A stretch of DNA of 27,129 bases from Arenicellales bacterium (GTDB lineage: Bacteria; Pseudomonadota; Gammaproteobacteria; BMS3Bbin11): the NCBI GenBank assembly GCA_029287965.1, contig JARFQC010000018.1, positions 1-27,129 of the forward strand, written 5' to 3'. This document shows positions 26,525 to 27,129 of this stretch, piece after piece. The translations under genes were made by a program, and so were the position numbers. Under the pieces are notes generated by a model. That model worked only from the letters and a program-made list of their open reading frames with translations. It made no database searches and was not told where the DNA came from. Position 1 is the stretch's first letter, and every line of letters starts with the position of its first letter.

Positions 26525-27129
26525 TTATTGAGAACTGCCCCGCAACATGGGTGCCAGTGGAAACGACACGGATACCGTCAAGCCCGGGTCCGTTAAGGTG
26601 CGTGAACGCGTGGCTATATCAGCGTTGTGCAGGATGGCAATTCGTTTCACTATCGAAAGCCCCAGCCCGCTTCCTGTTTGACCCGTTCCCAGGCCGCGGT
26701 AGAAACGATCGAACATCCTCTGCATGCCTGACTCGGAAACACCTGGACCCCGGTCACGGATCGTTATCGTTGCATGATGCTCTGAGACGCTGGTGGAGCA
26801 ATCGACTTCCCCACCCTGCGGCGAGTAGCGAATGGCGTTATCGAGCAGGTTCCTGATCAACACGCCCAGCAGTTCTCGCTGGCCAAGGATTAAAGCGCCC
26901 GGTTCCGATTTACTCGTCTGAATGCTGACATTACGGGCTTCCGCCATGCCAGTAAGCTCTCTGATGGATTCACCCAGCAGATCGTTGAGATCGAGTTTTT
27001 CGTATTCCTGGATTGAGACATCCGGGTCGACCCGGGCAAGGATCAGGAGTTGCCTGACGAGATGGGTGGCACGGTCGATCCCGGCAACCACCTGCTGGAT
27101 TGCGAGCCGGCGCTCATCGTCGTCTGCGG
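26525..27129 (-). CDS. Sensor histidine kinase, C-terminal part (QseC/PmrB-like); gene starts beyond the window
   Basis: Frame is open to the window end (ADDDERRLAIQQVVAGIDRATHLVRQLL). N box RNLLDNAIRYS, G1 IRDRGPGV, F box FDRFYRG, G2 GSGLGLSIV. Confidence 0.93.
   Translation of the reverse strand, partial: ADDDERRLAIQQVVAGIDRATHLVRQLLILARVDPDVSIQEYEKLDLNDLLGESIRELTGMAEARNVSIQTSKSEPGALILGQRELLGVLIRNLLDNAIRYSPQGGEVDCSTSVSEHHATITIRDRGPGVSESGMQRMFDRFYRGLGTGQTGSGLGLSIVKRIAILHNADIATRSRTLTDPGLTVSVSFPLAPMLRGSSQ

Noticed and set aside
26410-26856. 148-aa plus-strand ORF overlapping the kinase 3' end
   Set aside because: Mostly antisense to a clear HATPase domain, TTG start, no motifs.
1-27129. Mobile elements, CRISPR arrays, defence systems, tRNA or rRNA
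   Set aside because: No transposase, integrase, Cas or defence-type ORFs, no regularly spaced repeats, and no cloverleaf or rRNA-like sequence seen.

Overview
This is a GC-rich gammaproteobacterial chromosomal window made up almost entirely of tightly packed housekeeping genes. I see no mobile element, CRISPR array, rRNA or tRNA. Order: 5'-truncated uvrD, a membrane protein with a degenerate GGDEF domain, a Tat-exported TakP-like TRAP solute-binding protein, a SnoaL/NTF2 protein and two hypotheticals (+). Next is yicC-gmk-rpoZ-spoT-ridA-hypothetical (-), divergent from Ser/Thr kinase-PP2C phosphatase-rph-rdgB-hemW-DsbA/FrnE-TlpA-hemJ-trmL (+). Then ArsR(SqrR/BigR-like)-rhodanese-grxC-secB-gpsA (-), divergent from envC-ctpA-DJ-1 and moaA-moaB-moeA (+). 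An AT-richer spacer follows, then the 3' end of a QseC-like sensor kinase (-). The best leads are: (i) the 25.9-26.5 kb spacer, which hides two convergent single-TM micro-proteins missed by the ORF track, a GGA-rich segment and repeats; (ii) a soluble non-RD Ser/Thr kinase plus PP2C pair wedged between the RNA-processing genes yicC and rph; (iii) a GGDEF protein with a dead active site but intact RxxD I-site; (iv) a two-Cys persulfide-sensor-type ArsR heading the rhodanese-grxC-secB operon; (v) a perfect FNR box in front of the Moco operon. None is demonstrated to be novel. All family assignments come from motif recognition, not database searches.
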